The notes: generated by a model not told the origin, from the sequence alone. Positions 48,648 to 60,215 are shown, counted from the first letter of the whole stretch. The stretch: DNA of 63,995 nucleotides, filler included, from Sanchytrium tribonematis (GCA_018985235.1; 8 parts of 8 records of this genome joined end to end with filler, not necessarily neighbours in it), one strand, 5' to 3'. Numbers and translations are program-made.

Positions 48648-48953
48648 TTGAGAGATTTGAGCATTTCGGTCGATCCTACAAAGTGGGAAAAAACCTTTGA
48701 AGTTGTGTGCCAGCAATTTCTAGAGCAATCTTGTCTTTACCTAATGAAATTGGAAAATGATAAAAGAGCCAAAAAAGTAAGTGCTGTCATGATGCTGTTG
48801 GAAAAGTTTACGCAACTGACTTTCACAAAGTACATTCACATTTTAAGAAGAAAAACCTGCTTACCTGCGAAGCAATATTATGTTGCAAGTGCTTGCCACT
48901 TTATAGCTAAGGAGTTTTACACGAAAGATAATCTCGATGATGACAAGGAATAA
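48648..48953 (+). CDS. 3' end of a hypothetical protein
   Basis: Stop overlaps AATAAA; upstream part broken or lost at the contig start. Confidence 0.35.
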   Translation: MRDLSISVDPTKWEKTFEVVCQQFLEQSCLYLMKLENDKRAKKVSAVMMLLEKFTQLTFTKYIHILRRKTCLPAKQYYVASACHFIAKEFYTKDNLDDDKE

Positions 48954-49082
48954 ATACACGTGTAAATTTTGAAACTAGACATGGTTTTTTATTTTGTTAA
49001 AATTAAAATTGTGAGTATCAAAGTGCTATTTAACCTTCAGGTGGCCAAATATGTATCACTTGTTTGAATGTATTGAGGCTTG

Positions 49083-51926
49083 ATGCTAAATCTTTTCTTT
49101 TTTATATGGATGGCTATTGTTTCTTGTTCAAAAAGCCTTTCGACTCAGGAAATATCTGACGAATATCATTCTTCTTCAAGCTATTCACCACAATTTTGGG
49201 AATTTTATGGTGGGAAATTTTTAAACGCGACAAATCAAAATGATGGTTCCACTCAATTACAAATATATAACGGCGACAAAACTTTAAATTATTATGGGTT
49301 ATATACTGCATTTAGCGGCGGAGCCGTTTTCATTGGTATAACCCTTTTCAGTTCGTTATTATTTTGCTGTCTGGCTCCTTTCTTGGCATGTGTTTGTGGT
49401 TGTTGTAAAAGTAGAAACTCGTACAGTACTAATAATGGCAAATTTTATGAACGGACGGCAACTTTTTTGTTAGTACTATGCGCTATTTTTTATGTATGCA
49501 TTGCCACAATTACTGGAATAAGTGGAAACACTCTTACATTAAGCATTGAAACTATAAAAGACTCAGTTGGATCTGTCTATAGTGAAGGCCTGAGCTTTAC
49601 TGGTGATACTAAGGATACACTTGAATCTATTTTAATTGATCTGACCAGGTTTGCTAGAACTGAAATTGGACATTTCAGAAACATTTCAATTAATGGCATG
49701 ATAAACAGCACTCAACAAAGACTTACCAGCCTCGGAGTTCAGCTTGAATCCGAGTTTGCATATGGAGACACATTCGTTGGAAATCTTAGCGCTGAAATGA
49801 TTGCTTTGGATAGCGAAATTAAAAAGGTTAAAGTATCATTGGCCGAGGAAAATTCCGAGTCAGATCAAATCAAAGCTAATTTGACAAGTCTTGGTACAGC
49901 TGCGCAGTCTCAAATTTGGTACAATGTCATTTATACCGCTAAAAATAATCCATTTCCGAGTTTTACATATATTAGCAATTTCGATGCTAATACGTTTCCT
50001 ACCAATCTTAGAAATAGTGCTTATAGTCTGAACCAATCCAAAAGTGCTTTTTCTTCACATATAGGAGTTATTACGGCTAATTTGCGTTCTCAATTAAATG
50101 ATGCAGAGGATCATTTGAGAAAGACATTCGACAATTTTGAGCTAAAATTGAATTCCAGTCAGCAAATAATGCTAGACATACTCAACAGAAGCTATATCAC
50201 GGCTATTTCAAATGCGAACACAAAGTATGCAGAGTACAACACAGTCACTGACAAATACCACTTTAACTACACCAAATATATATTCTATGGCGTCCTGGCA
50301 TTTGTATTATTAAATTTTATGCTATTCCTAGGAGTAATGTTTTGCATTGCATCTAAAAAACGGCGATTGGCAATGTCTGTTGCTAGTTGCTTATTTGCAT
50401 ATGCTGCAATAGCACTAATGCTGAGTGCATTAACATATATCGTAGCATTTGTGGTATCAGAAGGGTGCAACGAGCTTTATAGCAATTTTCCGTTGTTGCA
50501 AAATGTTTCCCCTCAATATTCACAATATGCAAATGCTGGAGTTTCCATTGTTAATTCGTGTGCAAATAACGATCCCATTGATACCATTATCCTCAAGCTG
50601 CCTGACATTCCAGGAAATTCCAGCCAGTTACTAAATATTTCAAAACAGTATGATCTTTTAGTCGGAAAATTGAATTTAAACCAATTTACTGGATCTCTGG
50701 ATTTTTCATTAACAGACCTGTACAATCGTACTCAGCTACAAGATGCATTGAGGGCTCTTCATGACATGGATCTACACGACGTGGATGTTGCAAACTTGAT
50801 ACCTACAAATGGTATTGATGTTTCGAAGCTTCAACAACTCAGTTTGTCTATAAGTTTTGCCGCCGAAGCAATTGATGAAAACTCTTTTAATTATCAAAGA
50901 ATTGTCAACGTTACTGAATCTAGTGCCTGTGTGTCAGACTATGTGTGGAATTGCCATACACAACAAAATAATACAGACGCCCTCATCCAACAAATTAGTA
51001 TGACCAATATGGATTTATTTTACATTCGAAATTTGTCAGCATCGGCAAATAAAAACAGGATTTTGCTGCCAGACCTGATGCTGAACATCACAGAGGACCT
51101 AAATGATAGTTTTGATAAATTTAATGAAACTCTAAGTAGCGGCAAAATGGGTATCATATCCAGTGTTAACAAAATGCCTCAAGATATTAAAGATGTCCTG
51201 GAGTCCCAATTTTCAATTTTAAGAAATGAGTTGCAGTGCCAGGCAATGGGCCAGACTATAAAGGTGATGGAATTTAACACTTGTCGAAAGATGCTGGATG
51301 CCTTGAATGGAATGTGGATATCATTATGGATTTTAGGCTATGCGATTGTCATTACATTTGTTGCACTCAATTTGGGAGCAAATATACTTTTTAGAACCAT
51401 TTACGAAGAAGACGATATTATAAAAGACAAAAGACTTAGCAACAGACCAAAAAGTGTAGCCGAAGATAAGAAGCAAAGTATAAAATTGGCAACGACAATT
51501 AAAGCTACCGCTGTATTGGAAGACATTGAACCAGCTATTGAGCCACAAATTCCACTGGATAATGATATTAATAATTTGGAAAATGTAAATTCATTGACCG
51601 TCGATGAGAAATCTGATGTGAGCTCAATTTATGAGATCCTTGAAATAATTGATTTGAAGATCGAGGCTGATAAACGGCCAAGTTATAGTTATGACAACTC
51701 TAAAATTTTTCAAAATGAAGTTGTAGACCCCTTAATTATTTCTAATACCAAGAGGCAATCTTTGGCAATGAACTCACCTGTAAACATTTCCCAAATCCGT
51801 AACTCCATCCCCCCTGTATTTGCAAGCATTTCTACTTCTCCACCTCAAAATCAATCTATATACAATGACGAAGAGTATCAAAGCGACGAAGCGGATTTAA
51901 TTAGTTTAGAAGAATTAAAAAAATAG
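49083..51926 (+). CDS. Prominin-like pentaspan membrane glycoprotein
   Basis: Signal peptide; Cys cluster after TM1 (CCLAPFLACVCGCC); two large N-glycosylated loops; LQCQ...CRKMLDALNGMWISL before the last TM. Confidence 0.75.
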   Translation: MLNLFFFIWMAIVSCSKSLSTQEISDEYHSSSSYSPQFWEFYGGKFLNATNQNDGSTQLQIYNGDKTLNYYGLYTAFSGGAVFIGITLFSSLLFCCLAPFLACVCGCCKSRNSYSTNNGKFYERTATFLLVLCAIFYVCIATITGISGNTLTLSIETIKDSVGSVYSEGLSFTGDTKDTLESILIDLTRFARTEIGHFRNISINGMINSTQQRLTSLGVQLESEFAYGDTFVGNLSAEMIALDSEIKKVKVSLAEENSESDQIKANLTSLGTAAQSQIWYNVIYTAKNNPFPSFTYISNFDANTFPTNLRNSAYSLNQSKSAFSSHIGVITANLRSQLNDAEDHLRKTFDNFELKLNSSQQIMLDILNRSYITAISNANTKYAEYNTVTDKYHFNYTKYIFYGVLAFVLLNFMLFLGVMFCIASKKRRLAMSVASCLFAYAAIALMLSALTYIVAFVVSEGCNELYSNFPLLQNVSPQYSQYANAGVSIVNSCANNDPIDTIILKLPDIPGNSSQLLNISKQYDLLVGKLNLNQFTGSLDFSLTDLYNRTQLQDALRALHDMDLHDVDVANLIPTNGIDVSKLQQLSLSISFAAEAIDENSFNYQRIVNVTESSACVSDYVWNCHTQQNNTDALIQQISMTNMDLFYIRNLSASANKNRILLPDLMLNITEDLNDSFDKFNETLSSGKMGIISSVNKMPQDIKDVLESQFSILRNELQCQAMGQTIKVMEFNTCRKMLDALNGMWISLWILGYAIVITFVALNLGANILFRTIYEEDDIIKDKRLSNRPKSVAEDKKQSIKLATTIKATAVLEDIEPAIEPQIPLDNDINNLENVNSLTVDEKSDVSSIYEILEIIDLKIEADKRPSYSYDNSKIFQNEVVDPLIISNTKRQSLAMNSPVNISQIRNSIPPVFASISTSPPQNQSIYNDEEYQSDEADLISLEELKK

Positions 51927-51957
51927 TAATAAATTAATTTTCAATACTCTCCTAAAA

Positions 51958-52392
51958 ATGGCGGTTCAATTTAAAATCTTTTCACTTGCTATGAAGACGA
52001 TTTCAAAGCCATTAGTCCAATCTTTTAAGACTTATGCGTTGCATAATAATCTTTTCAAAAATGCTTGCATACAAGTAGGGCAATTCATGCACCGAGTGGA
52101 AAAGGTTGGAACGCGTCGATTGAATATACCTGGGGCTCCACAAATCCTCCCATTATCCGAAGAAAGAGCGTTGGAGAATGGCGCTTCGATGTTAAGCGAG
52201 TTCATACTGTTTTCGATTGCGGCAGGAATCCTTGTCTGGGAAAATAAAAGGTCGCAAAAATCCACCTTGGACAAAGAAAATAAGCAAGAGCAAAAGGTTT
52301 TCGATCTTGAATGTAAAGTAGGTGACTTGATGGAATTGGTGTTGAAGCAGCAAGAAATATTAAGTAAAGTTAAAGTAAAAGAACAAATTTGA
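51958..52392 (+). CDS. OPA3: OPA3-family mitochondrial protein
   Basis: FKIFSLAMKTISKPL, PLSEERALENGASMLSEFILFSIA, C-terminal coiled coil. Confidence 0.9.
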   Translation: MAVQFKIFSLAMKTISKPLVQSFKTYALHNNLFKNACIQVGQFMHRVEKVGTRRLNIPGAPQILPLSEERALENGASMLSEFILFSIAAGILVWENKRSQKSTLDKENKQEQKVFDLECKVGDLMELVLKQQEILSKVKVKEQI

Positions 52393-52404
52393 ATAATAGT
52401 GCAT

Positions 52405-52623
52405 TTATTTGCGTTTGTATCCTTTTTCTATATCTGTCAACAAAGATTCCAAATTGAATATAGCTTCTCTCGTTAATTTTATATTTTCCAACACATTATC
52501 TTTGGAAGCTTTAACGTTGTGTAATCTGTATTTCATATTTTCGTTTGAGTGGCAAAGAAAAGCAATTCTTTGATTTAGCAAACGCTTGCGAGATTTCTCT
52601 TTTCTGGATATCAATGCACGCAT
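52405..52623 (-). CDS. Small basic coiled-coil hypothetical protein
   Basis: ATG start; stop within AATAAA. Confidence 0.4.
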   Translation of the reverse strand: MRALISRKEKSRKRLLNQRIAFLCHSNENMKYRLHNVKASKDNVLENIKLTREAIFNLESLLTDIEKGYKRK

Positions 52624-52748
52624 TACAATTTGGGGCGATCTTTAACTTTTAAAATCTGTCGAAATCTAGTTTTTTAAAAAAGGAGAAATATCTTACAAAT
52701 CGAAGTAATTAATGCATGACGAATCTTATCTTTTAATTTATTCAAATC

Positions 52749-53237
52749 TTATCTATCTGAGTCCTCACTTTCAGCTTCTTTAAATTCGTTTGTTGGAGTC
52801 CAAGTTATAAGACTTCCTTTTAAATCGAATCTTTCATTTGCAATAACTCCATTGGTTGAAAACATGTAGAAATGTCCATTGTTGCAACTTTCCATGCATC
52901 TTCTACAAGGCTGACTAACATGGTAACCGCAAATGTTGCCACAACGCAAACAAGCAACATCCTTAATTTGGCAAGCGCATTTCTGAGTAGTATAATCATC
53001 TCCAATAAGACTACTATTTTTTGGAGGTTGGTCTGTTGAATATAGTTCAACATGATTATCAGCAAGCAAGACTGCTTTCATGGCTCTACTGCAAAGATAA
53101 TTTAAGCAGTGTGAGCAGCTTAGCTCACACACTGGCTTTCTTCTTGGTGGTTCCATTGTTTGTCTCAACATTCTATTCATTCTCTCATCTTGGAATGGTG
53201 AGAAGTAATAAAGAAATTGCTGTTGCTGTTGAGCCAT
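52749..53237 (-). CDS. FAM72-family Cys-rich protein
   Basis: LCSRAMKAVLLAD..VELYSTD, C.C.IKDVAC..CGN..GYHV..PC..C..SCNNGH. Confidence 0.88.
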   Translation of the reverse strand: MAQQQQQFLYYFSPFQDERMNRMLRQTMEPPRRKPVCELSCSHCLNYLCSRAMKAVLLADNHVELYSTDQPPKNSSLIGDDYTTQKCACQIKDVACLRCGNICGYHVSQPCRRCMESCNNGHFYMFSTNGVIANERFDLKGSLITWTPTNEFKEAESEDSDR

Positions 53238-53343
53238 GAGCCACCAAGGCGCGTTTCGCAAAATTTATTTTTTTAAAAGGAATATCTTATGCGAAGCTGT
53301 GTACAATTAAAGCATTATTTATTTGCACGTAATGTGCAATTTG

Positions 53344-53765
53344 CTAGTATTTCCACCGACCATGGTGTTTTGGGTTATTTTCTGAAACACTAGATTCTGA
53401 AATAGGTCTATTAAATCCGATTAAATTTGGAGTTTTGTGATCAAGTCCCACAATTTTGTCCATAGTTCCAAATTCAATCAAGGATCTATTTATATCACTT
53501 GGAGGAATGCCCTCGCTCATATAAATACCTACTAAACCCGTTATATGAGGGGTAGACATACTTGTTCCTGACATTTTCTTAAAGCTCTTGTTGCTCGAAA
53601 CGTAAGCACTATAAATGTTTTCCCCGGGAGCATGAATGTTTACACAATTTCCCCAATTTGAAAATTTAGACTTTTGGTCATTCACATTTGTGCTACCCAC
53701 AGTTATCGCAAGAGGCTCACTACCAGGCGACTCTGAACAAGCGTCTATGTTGTCATTGCCGGCTG
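53344..53765 (-). CDS. Subtilisin (S8, proteinase K-like) C-terminal part
   Basis: AGNDNIDAC..SP, ITVGST, FSNWG.CV.IHAPG, catalytic SGTSMSTPH. Confidence 0.92.
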
Positions 53766-54106
53766 NNNNNNNNNNNNNNNNNNNNNNNNNNNNNNNNNNN
53801 NNNNNNNNNTTAATTAATTAANNNNNNNNNNNNNNNNNNNNNNNNNNNNNNNNNNNNNNNNNNNNCCCCCAAATACCCAAAGTTGGTCCCCAGCGAGAAA
53901 CAAACGTACGCACAGCCATGTTTCAAAATAGTTATCCCAGTGGATAAATTTCAAAATTTGTCCACAGATGAAAGTAATAAAATCAAAAATGCAAATAGGA
54001 TCTAAAATCTGTTATCAGACAAGATTTGTTGATTGATTGGGAACATCAGACCCAAGGCCTATTATGTTGTACTTAATTAGAGCTTTCCCACTGTTGAAAG
54101 ATATCA

Positions 54107-55636
54107 ATGGGCGGCAGATCACCAAATAGCAATAAGATTAAGCCCACGATGACGGTTTACAATGGAATTGCATTAGTTGCCACAATGATGATTGGAAGTG
54201 GTATCTTCGTCACTCCTGGCTTAATTGTGGCCAAGATTGGATCAATTGGCACGGTTTTATTTCTATGGGTACTAACAGCATTTATTAGTTTTTGTGGTGC
54301 CAACACCTTTGTGGAATGGGGAATGTTATTTCCTAAAAGTGGGGGAAGCTTATCATATTTGGCCTACGCTTACAAAAAACCAAAATACCTCGCCAGTTTC
54401 ATATACTGTCTAACACAGGTTGGAATCATTTGGCCAGCTATGATCACAGCAGAAGCAGACGCATCCTCAAAGCAATTGCTTTATAACGTCACTGATTTAG
54501 AGCCTTGGATGGTTAAAGTTTCCAGTGCTGTTCTTGTTACAATAATTGTGCTTATCAATTATTTTAGCGTTGAATTTGCTTTGAAATTATCAACTGGATT
54601 AACTTACTTAAAGATCTATACCCTTTACGCTCTGTGCATCGCTGGTATTTTTGCTTATTGCGGAATAAGCTCTAAGCCTATGGCAGAGAGTGTGGATTAT
54701 GTTGGCACTCCCTCAACAAAGCCCGCAGATTATGCTTCGGCAATTTACAAATTATTGTGGGTATTTGATGGTTGGAATAATTTGAATTACGCAATTGAAG
54801 AAATGAAGAATCCTGCAAGAGACTTTCCAAGATCAGTTTACTTTGGTTTTGGGATCACAACAGTTCTCTATATATTGACCAACTTCTTTTTTATTACGAT
54901 TGTTCCTTATGATCAAATTTTATCCAGCAAAACTTCTATTGCAACAGTCTATGCAACGATTATTTTTGGTGATTTTGTGGGTGGGAAAATGGTTCCATTT
55001 ATTATCTTTCTCGGATGCTACGCTACAACGGACAATATGGTATATGGGGTGTCTAGAATTATCCACGCTTCAGCAAGTAGTAATATTTTACCTTGGAGCA
55101 GGACATTTGAAAAATTAGACACAAAAAGAGGAACGCCAAGAAATGCTCTTATTTATGTATGGTGCATTTGTATGGCTTTGATTGCGATTCCACTTAGTGA
55201 GGACGCTTTTAGCTTTTTCTTACAAATGGCCATGTATCCAAAGTGGATTTTTTATGGGATGGTTATTTCTGGTTTACTTTACTTGAGATACAAGGAGCCA
55301 TTTTTAAATAGGCCTGTTAAATCATATCTCTTTTCCGGAATTACAATAGTTATAGCAAGCGTATTTTTGGCTATATTTCCACTGTTGGGAAGCGATATGA
55401 TCCCATCTGTTGCATCTCTATTAGTTATCTTTTTGAGTGCTATGATTTACTTTGCAAGACGTAAGAAAGTAGAAGAAGCTGATTTTGGATTCCATGATAC
55501 CGCTAATCTGAAAGAACACAAATCAGCATTAGAAAATACCATATACACTGAAATGGGATCCTCAGATTACGAATTTGTGAAAGAATTTGCAAACGCTAGA
55601 TCTACAGTAGCAACAACTGTGGCTACCGCGGAATAA
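54107..55636 (+). CDS. APC-superfamily LAT-type amino-acid permease (Mup1-like)
   Basis: MIGSGIFVTP, E.G...PKSGG..Y, FDGWNNLNYAIEEMKNP; about 12 TM. Confidence 0.92.
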   Translation: MGGRSPNSNKIKPTMTVYNGIALVATMMIGSGIFVTPGLIVAKIGSIGTVLFLWVLTAFISFCGANTFVEWGMLFPKSGGSLSYLAYAYKKPKYLASFIYCLTQVGIIWPAMITAEADASSKQLLYNVTDLEPWMVKVSSAVLVTIIVLINYFSVEFALKLSTGLTYLKIYTLYALCIAGIFAYCGISSKPMAESVDYVGTPSTKPADYASAIYKLLWVFDGWNNLNYAIEEMKNPARDFPRSVYFGFGITTVLYILTNFFFITIVPYDQILSSKTSIATVYATIIFGDFVGGKMVPFIIFLGCYATTDNMVYGVSRIIHASASSNILPWSRTFEKLDTKRGTPRNALIYVWCICMALIAIPLSEDAFSFFLQMAMYPKWIFYGMVISGLLYLRYKEPFLNRPVKSYLFSGITIVIASVFLAIFPLLGSDMIPSVASLLVIFLSAMIYFARRKKVEEADFGFHDTANLKEHKSALENTIYTEMGSSDYEFVKEFANARSTVATTVATAE

Positions 55637-55648
55637 ATTAATCCATTT

Positions 55649-57161
55649 TTATTGTGATGGCTCTCTTAGTGGCGACAACTCGTTTAGAGACATATACTCT
55701 ACCAGTTGGTTTGGTATTTCAGCTAGCAATTGCGCTGGAAGTTGAGTTAGTATTTGATCATAAGAGGTGAAGTCTCTCATAGCTACAAATTGAACTATAT
55801 CTCTAGTAGCTGACTTTCCATTTATGCTAATCGGCTTGATATCTCCATCTAGCACTGCCATTTTGGCAAAATCTGCTGGCCCTACTCCCACAATCACAAT
55901 AGATAATGGACAGGCACATGCTTCGATAATCGCTGCGATCGTGTCATCCATATCAGTTATTTCACCATCTGTCGTTATCAACAAAACAAAATACTTTTGC
56001 GCTCCATTTCTCTCCACCTTGCTAATTTCAGTCAATTTACGAATAATTGGTGCAAAATTCTAAATTAAACGTAATTACGGTAGGTCCATACAAATCAACT
56101 TGATAAATGCAATTTCTGTATGCGCCAAGAATACCTTGTACTCCAAAAACTTCTGGGTTCGGTTGAAGTGTGACATTAAAATCATGGAATACTTGTCCTT
56201 TGATTTTTGCACCAAATCCAAATACGGGAAACATCCGGTCTGCATCATAATACTCTAGAACATTTCCAATGCTTGTTATCGCCTGTTCATAAGCAGTAAA
56301 TTTTTGAGATGGATTGGCTTTATCTCCAATGTAGTGAAGACTTTTTGCATCCTTTGGGTCACCATTACTCCCTGTAAAGTCAATTGCAACTGCAAAATTT
56401 AGTAGTGTGCCATTTTGAATATAATCTAAAAATGTATATTGCTTTACGACTCTGATTGATGTGAATTTCAAGCTTCCTGCTTTTTTATTCTTCTTACTAA
56501 TTAGATCTATCTCAAACGGTTCATTAAATTGATCCGCATTGAAAGTACCACTGCCAATTAAGTCATGATCGCTATTTTTATCCCAATCAAAACAATCAAC
56601 TCGATACTTTTCAACATATGGGATCGATAATGGTTGCCATGCTGGATTTAATGTGTTTTTGATGGTCTCGGAAGTAAAAAGTTTTTGATTTGTCAGCGCA
56701 TTGTAAATGTGGAGATAAGGATCAGATTTGCCAAAAGTATCTTTCTTGTCCAAATTAATCCCATTAATAGTCATTTTTACGACTCCAGCTCTTAATTGTT
56801 TTATTTCCTTACCGCTTATAATGATACTACCTTTTTCTTTGCTATTTAATACCAATGGCTTCTCAATTTGAGATTTAGTCATTATTTCAGCAAGGGTGAT
56901 AGAAAGTAAGCCGAGTTCATCCCATTTTTTGCCATCGTCATCCCTGACATGAAATTCAAGCTTTTGCACTTGTTCAAAGAAATAATTCACTTGAATTTTG
57001 GTGTTGAAAATTGGATTCAAATTATTTTTCACGGTTTCCGTCTTTCCCACTTCTTTTTGATTTTCCAATACGACACAAAACGGATCGCTCTTACTTAGCG
57101 CATCTTTGTTTGCTATCCCTTTGCATGAGATAGAAAGCAATACCGGAACAGAAATATTCAT
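55649..57161 (-). CDS. Copine (C2-C2-vWA); 19-nt intron at 56060-56078
   Basis: Two KSDP C2 domains; AIDFTGSNG; spliced LYGPT|NFAPII; ITTDGEITD; RDIVQFV. Confidence 0.95.
56060..56078 (-). other. 19-nt spliceosomal intron
   Basis: Minus-strand gtaattacgtttaatttag; removal restores the copine motif GPTNFAPII. Confidence 0.92.
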
Positions 57162-57563
57162 GAGTTTCAGATTTATACATTTGAGACACAATCAGTAATA
57201 ACTGGAATTTTTTTTCGAAAATTTCTACAAGCGAAAAAATGTCCATGAATTTTTAAATTGAAGTCTTTCTAAATTTCCAGTTTCAAATTTAAAGTCCACA
57301 TCCGATTCACTCAGCAGCGTTTAAAAAAATTGAATTCATCTTCGTTAGGAATTGCTGCTAGAGTGAATATGCGAGTCAACTGTCAAACATTAATTACATG
57401 GATTACTGGTTAAGAATCCACCACGTTTTCCATTAATTGACGGTTTGTCGTCATTGGTAGTATTTGATGGGCTGTTTAATTAGTAGTTCAAGCCATTAAA
57501 AGATTATTTATATAATGGGAAAAGATGCAAAAAGATTTTTGTATTCAAGGTCCCATTCTTTAT

Positions 57564-58775
57564 TTAAAATTCGAGATTATAATTTTCAAAAATGTCCTTT
57601 TTCAATTGACCTAATTGAAATTTTAAGTGAGAATAGAGTTTTTCATATTTTTTTCGTAATGAACTTTCTTCTAGTAAAGCCTTTGAGTTTCCAAACAGCC
57701 TCTGTTTCTTGAGACCATTTTCATACTCATCTACAATCTTAGACACAGCATTAAATTTTATTTGCAGATTTGATAACTCCAGTAACAAATCTAAACATGA
57801 ATCGTATTGTTCCGGTTCTATGGATAATCCCAATTTTAAAATATATGTAATATGGTCTGATTTCGGAATTCCTAATAAATATAACGAATGATTGAGCTTG
57901 ATAATTTGATCTTTGGTCATAAGACAACTTGTGAGATGCGAATACATTTCAGGGTCTATTGGTACAGGTGCTTTGACATTTACAACAGACTTTCCCTTTT
58001 TATTCTTTACCGTCAAGGATTCTTTGGTATTTTTCATTTCTGATTTAAATTTATTTAGGCCCTTATCATTGCAAATCGCCAATATTATTTGGAAAAGCTT
58101 TTCGTCTTTCCATTGGACATCTCCGGTACGTCGTAAATATGGGAGAAGCAAATCATTTTTTGGAAAAGAATTAAAAATGACCGACAAAAAACTCTGGAGC
58201 TCTTCTTCAGACATGGATACTATGACTTTCTGAGCCCATTTAAAAAATTTGTCTTCTGTTAATATGTCTATTTCTTCAAATGCAGATTCAATTGAAGTGT
58301 GTTGTAATTTGAGAGCCACCTCTGCCTGAAGTAATTTTTCAGAACTGATCTCTTGGGATACGTTATTTAATTCTTTAGGTTCCATTAATGAAGAGTTTGA
58401 GTATGATTTCGCCTTTTTGTCTTTAAATAAAGTGTATTTGACAAGGATGTGTTCCAAGTATTTAAAATTGAATGTTTCAGAGGGTCTTATTTCCTCGATT
58501 GGAGGATTGTCTTTACTTGAAGTAGACATTGGCTTCTCAAATCTAAGACTAAGTAAAGAGTCACATATACATGACATGCTCTGTGTAAAATCGATGTTTT
58601 TTAGTGCAGAGGAGAGTTGCTGAGAATCCTTTTTTGAAATATTGAAATTTTGAATCCCGTTTTCATATAGTTTTACTTGAATCACATTACAAAGCAGCTT
58701 TTCCATTTTCTCATCTAATTGGAAACTGAATTGCTTTCTAATAAATTGCTGAATCTGATGTAGCATAAAAAGCAA
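57564..58775 (-). CDS. Hypothetical helical protein; 5' structure unresolved
   Basis: 403 open codons; stop overlaps AATAAA. Confidence 0.6.
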   Translation of the reverse strand: MLFMLHQIQQFIRKQFSFQLDEKMEKLLCNVIQVKLYENGIQNFNISKKDSQQLSSALKNIDFTQSMSCICDSLLSLRFEKPMSTSSKDNPPIEEIRPSETFNFKYLEHILVKYTLFKDKKAKSYSNSSLMEPKELNNVSQEISSEKLLQAEVALKLQHTSIESAFEEIDILTEDKFFKWAQKVIVSMSEEELQSFLSVIFNSFPKNDLLLPYLRRTGDVQWKDEKLFQIILAICNDKGLNKFKSEMKNTKESLTVKNKKGKSVVNVKAPVPIDPEMYSHLTSCLMTKDQIIKLNHSLYLLGIPKSDHITYILKLGLSIEPEQYDSCLDLLLELSNLQIKFNAVSKIVDEYENGLKKQRLFGNSKALLEESSLRKKYEKLYSHLKFQLGQLKKDIFENYNLEF

Positions 58776-59399
58776 GGCTGGACGGGCCTATGTTCACTTT
58801 TGAATTTAGCAAGACTTGTAATAACATTTATTAGTTTAAGCAAAAGTAACAAATTTGTATTCAAACCATTACACATATTGCACCTAAATCGACAATATTT
58901 TAATACTTGTAAGCTTCTTAAATTCTAAAAATTAAAAATAATGATAATTTTGTAGATCCCAGTTTATGAACTTACATTATTTTTGTCCGAATTTAGCAAT
59001 ATGTAATTTCTTCTTTAGTCTTGTTTTTTGTCACTAATTTAATGCTCCTCTGAATCAAATGTTCTAAAAGGTATTTTTGAAATGAATCTTCTTCGCTCAA
59101 TCAGTTGCTGCTGTTCTCGAAGACCTCCGAATTGTTAAATTTTTAATCATAACTAGAGGGTGATCAATTTGANNNNNNNNNNNNNNNNNNNNNNNNNNNN
59201 NNNNNNNNNNNNNNNNTTAATTAATTAANNNNNNNNNNNNNNNNNNNNNNNNNNNNNNNNNNNNNNNNNNNNATAAGCGAGAAATGACTATATTTTCAGT
59301 AAATATCACTGAAAATTTACTTTATTCTCAAATAATGTCACAAATTGTTTTTATATTCTAACATTTAAGATCTGTCAGGAAAATCAAATATACACGCCC

Positions 59400-60080
59400 A
59401 TGTATCTAGGAATGCGGTCCAATTTGAGTACGCCCAATTTTATGAGCAATGGACTCAATCAACATAATTCCATTAATGCATGATCCAGATGATACTCCTA
59501 GTCGTGTAATAGGATCTTCTACATCATAGTCATTAATTATGCAGCCTTGATCCTGTAAACATTATTTATAAAATTCAATTCATTATTTTTTCTAATTTGG
59601 ACCATGCCACAATTTTAGTCACCAATCATAAAGAAATTATTAGATGATGCACGTCTTACATTTTAATAATTCATTATAAAACACATTTCCATCAATACTA
59701 TTTGTCTTATGTAAAAATACAATGAAATAATCACAAAATTGGACAAATAGAATAACTGGTGATTCAAACAATACTATTGGTTTATAACTGGATAACATTG
59801 GATGAATATATAGTGCCATTCCCAGTTGGGTGGATTCTGTTCTATTTGTGACATATTTTATATTCTTGAACTTTGAGTGGAATTTTGAGAGTCTGGCCTC
59901 TGCGTATCCCAATATATGGATGTTGTTGGATGTCATGAAGTTCATAATGGCTGTATTTTTGTTCCGTGGCATTCCCTGGCCATTTACAAATCCCACTTTA
60001 AAATGTTTCATATTTGGTGAATTTGACGTATTTCTTGATCCATCACGGGCTTTTCGATTCCACCAAATGGACAGGAACAT
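59400..60080 (-). mobile_element. Degenerate LINE APE endonuclease fragment
   Basis: VGFVNGQG, ILGYAE, GMALYIH motifs. Confidence 0.65.
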
Positions 60081-60215
60081 AGTCGGATTCTATAAATAAA
60101 CCATGACTTAATTTTAATCCGGAAGGATTTCTCCAATTGTCTCAATTCCATCATGATCATAATATTCCAAACCCCACAGGTTCTTTTTTTCTAAAATTAT
60201 AAGAATTAACTTGTA

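Noticed and set aside
58780..59172. Candidate 23-nt and 51-nt introns upstream of ORF 57564-58775
   Set aside because: I could not build a consistent in-frame gene model with them.
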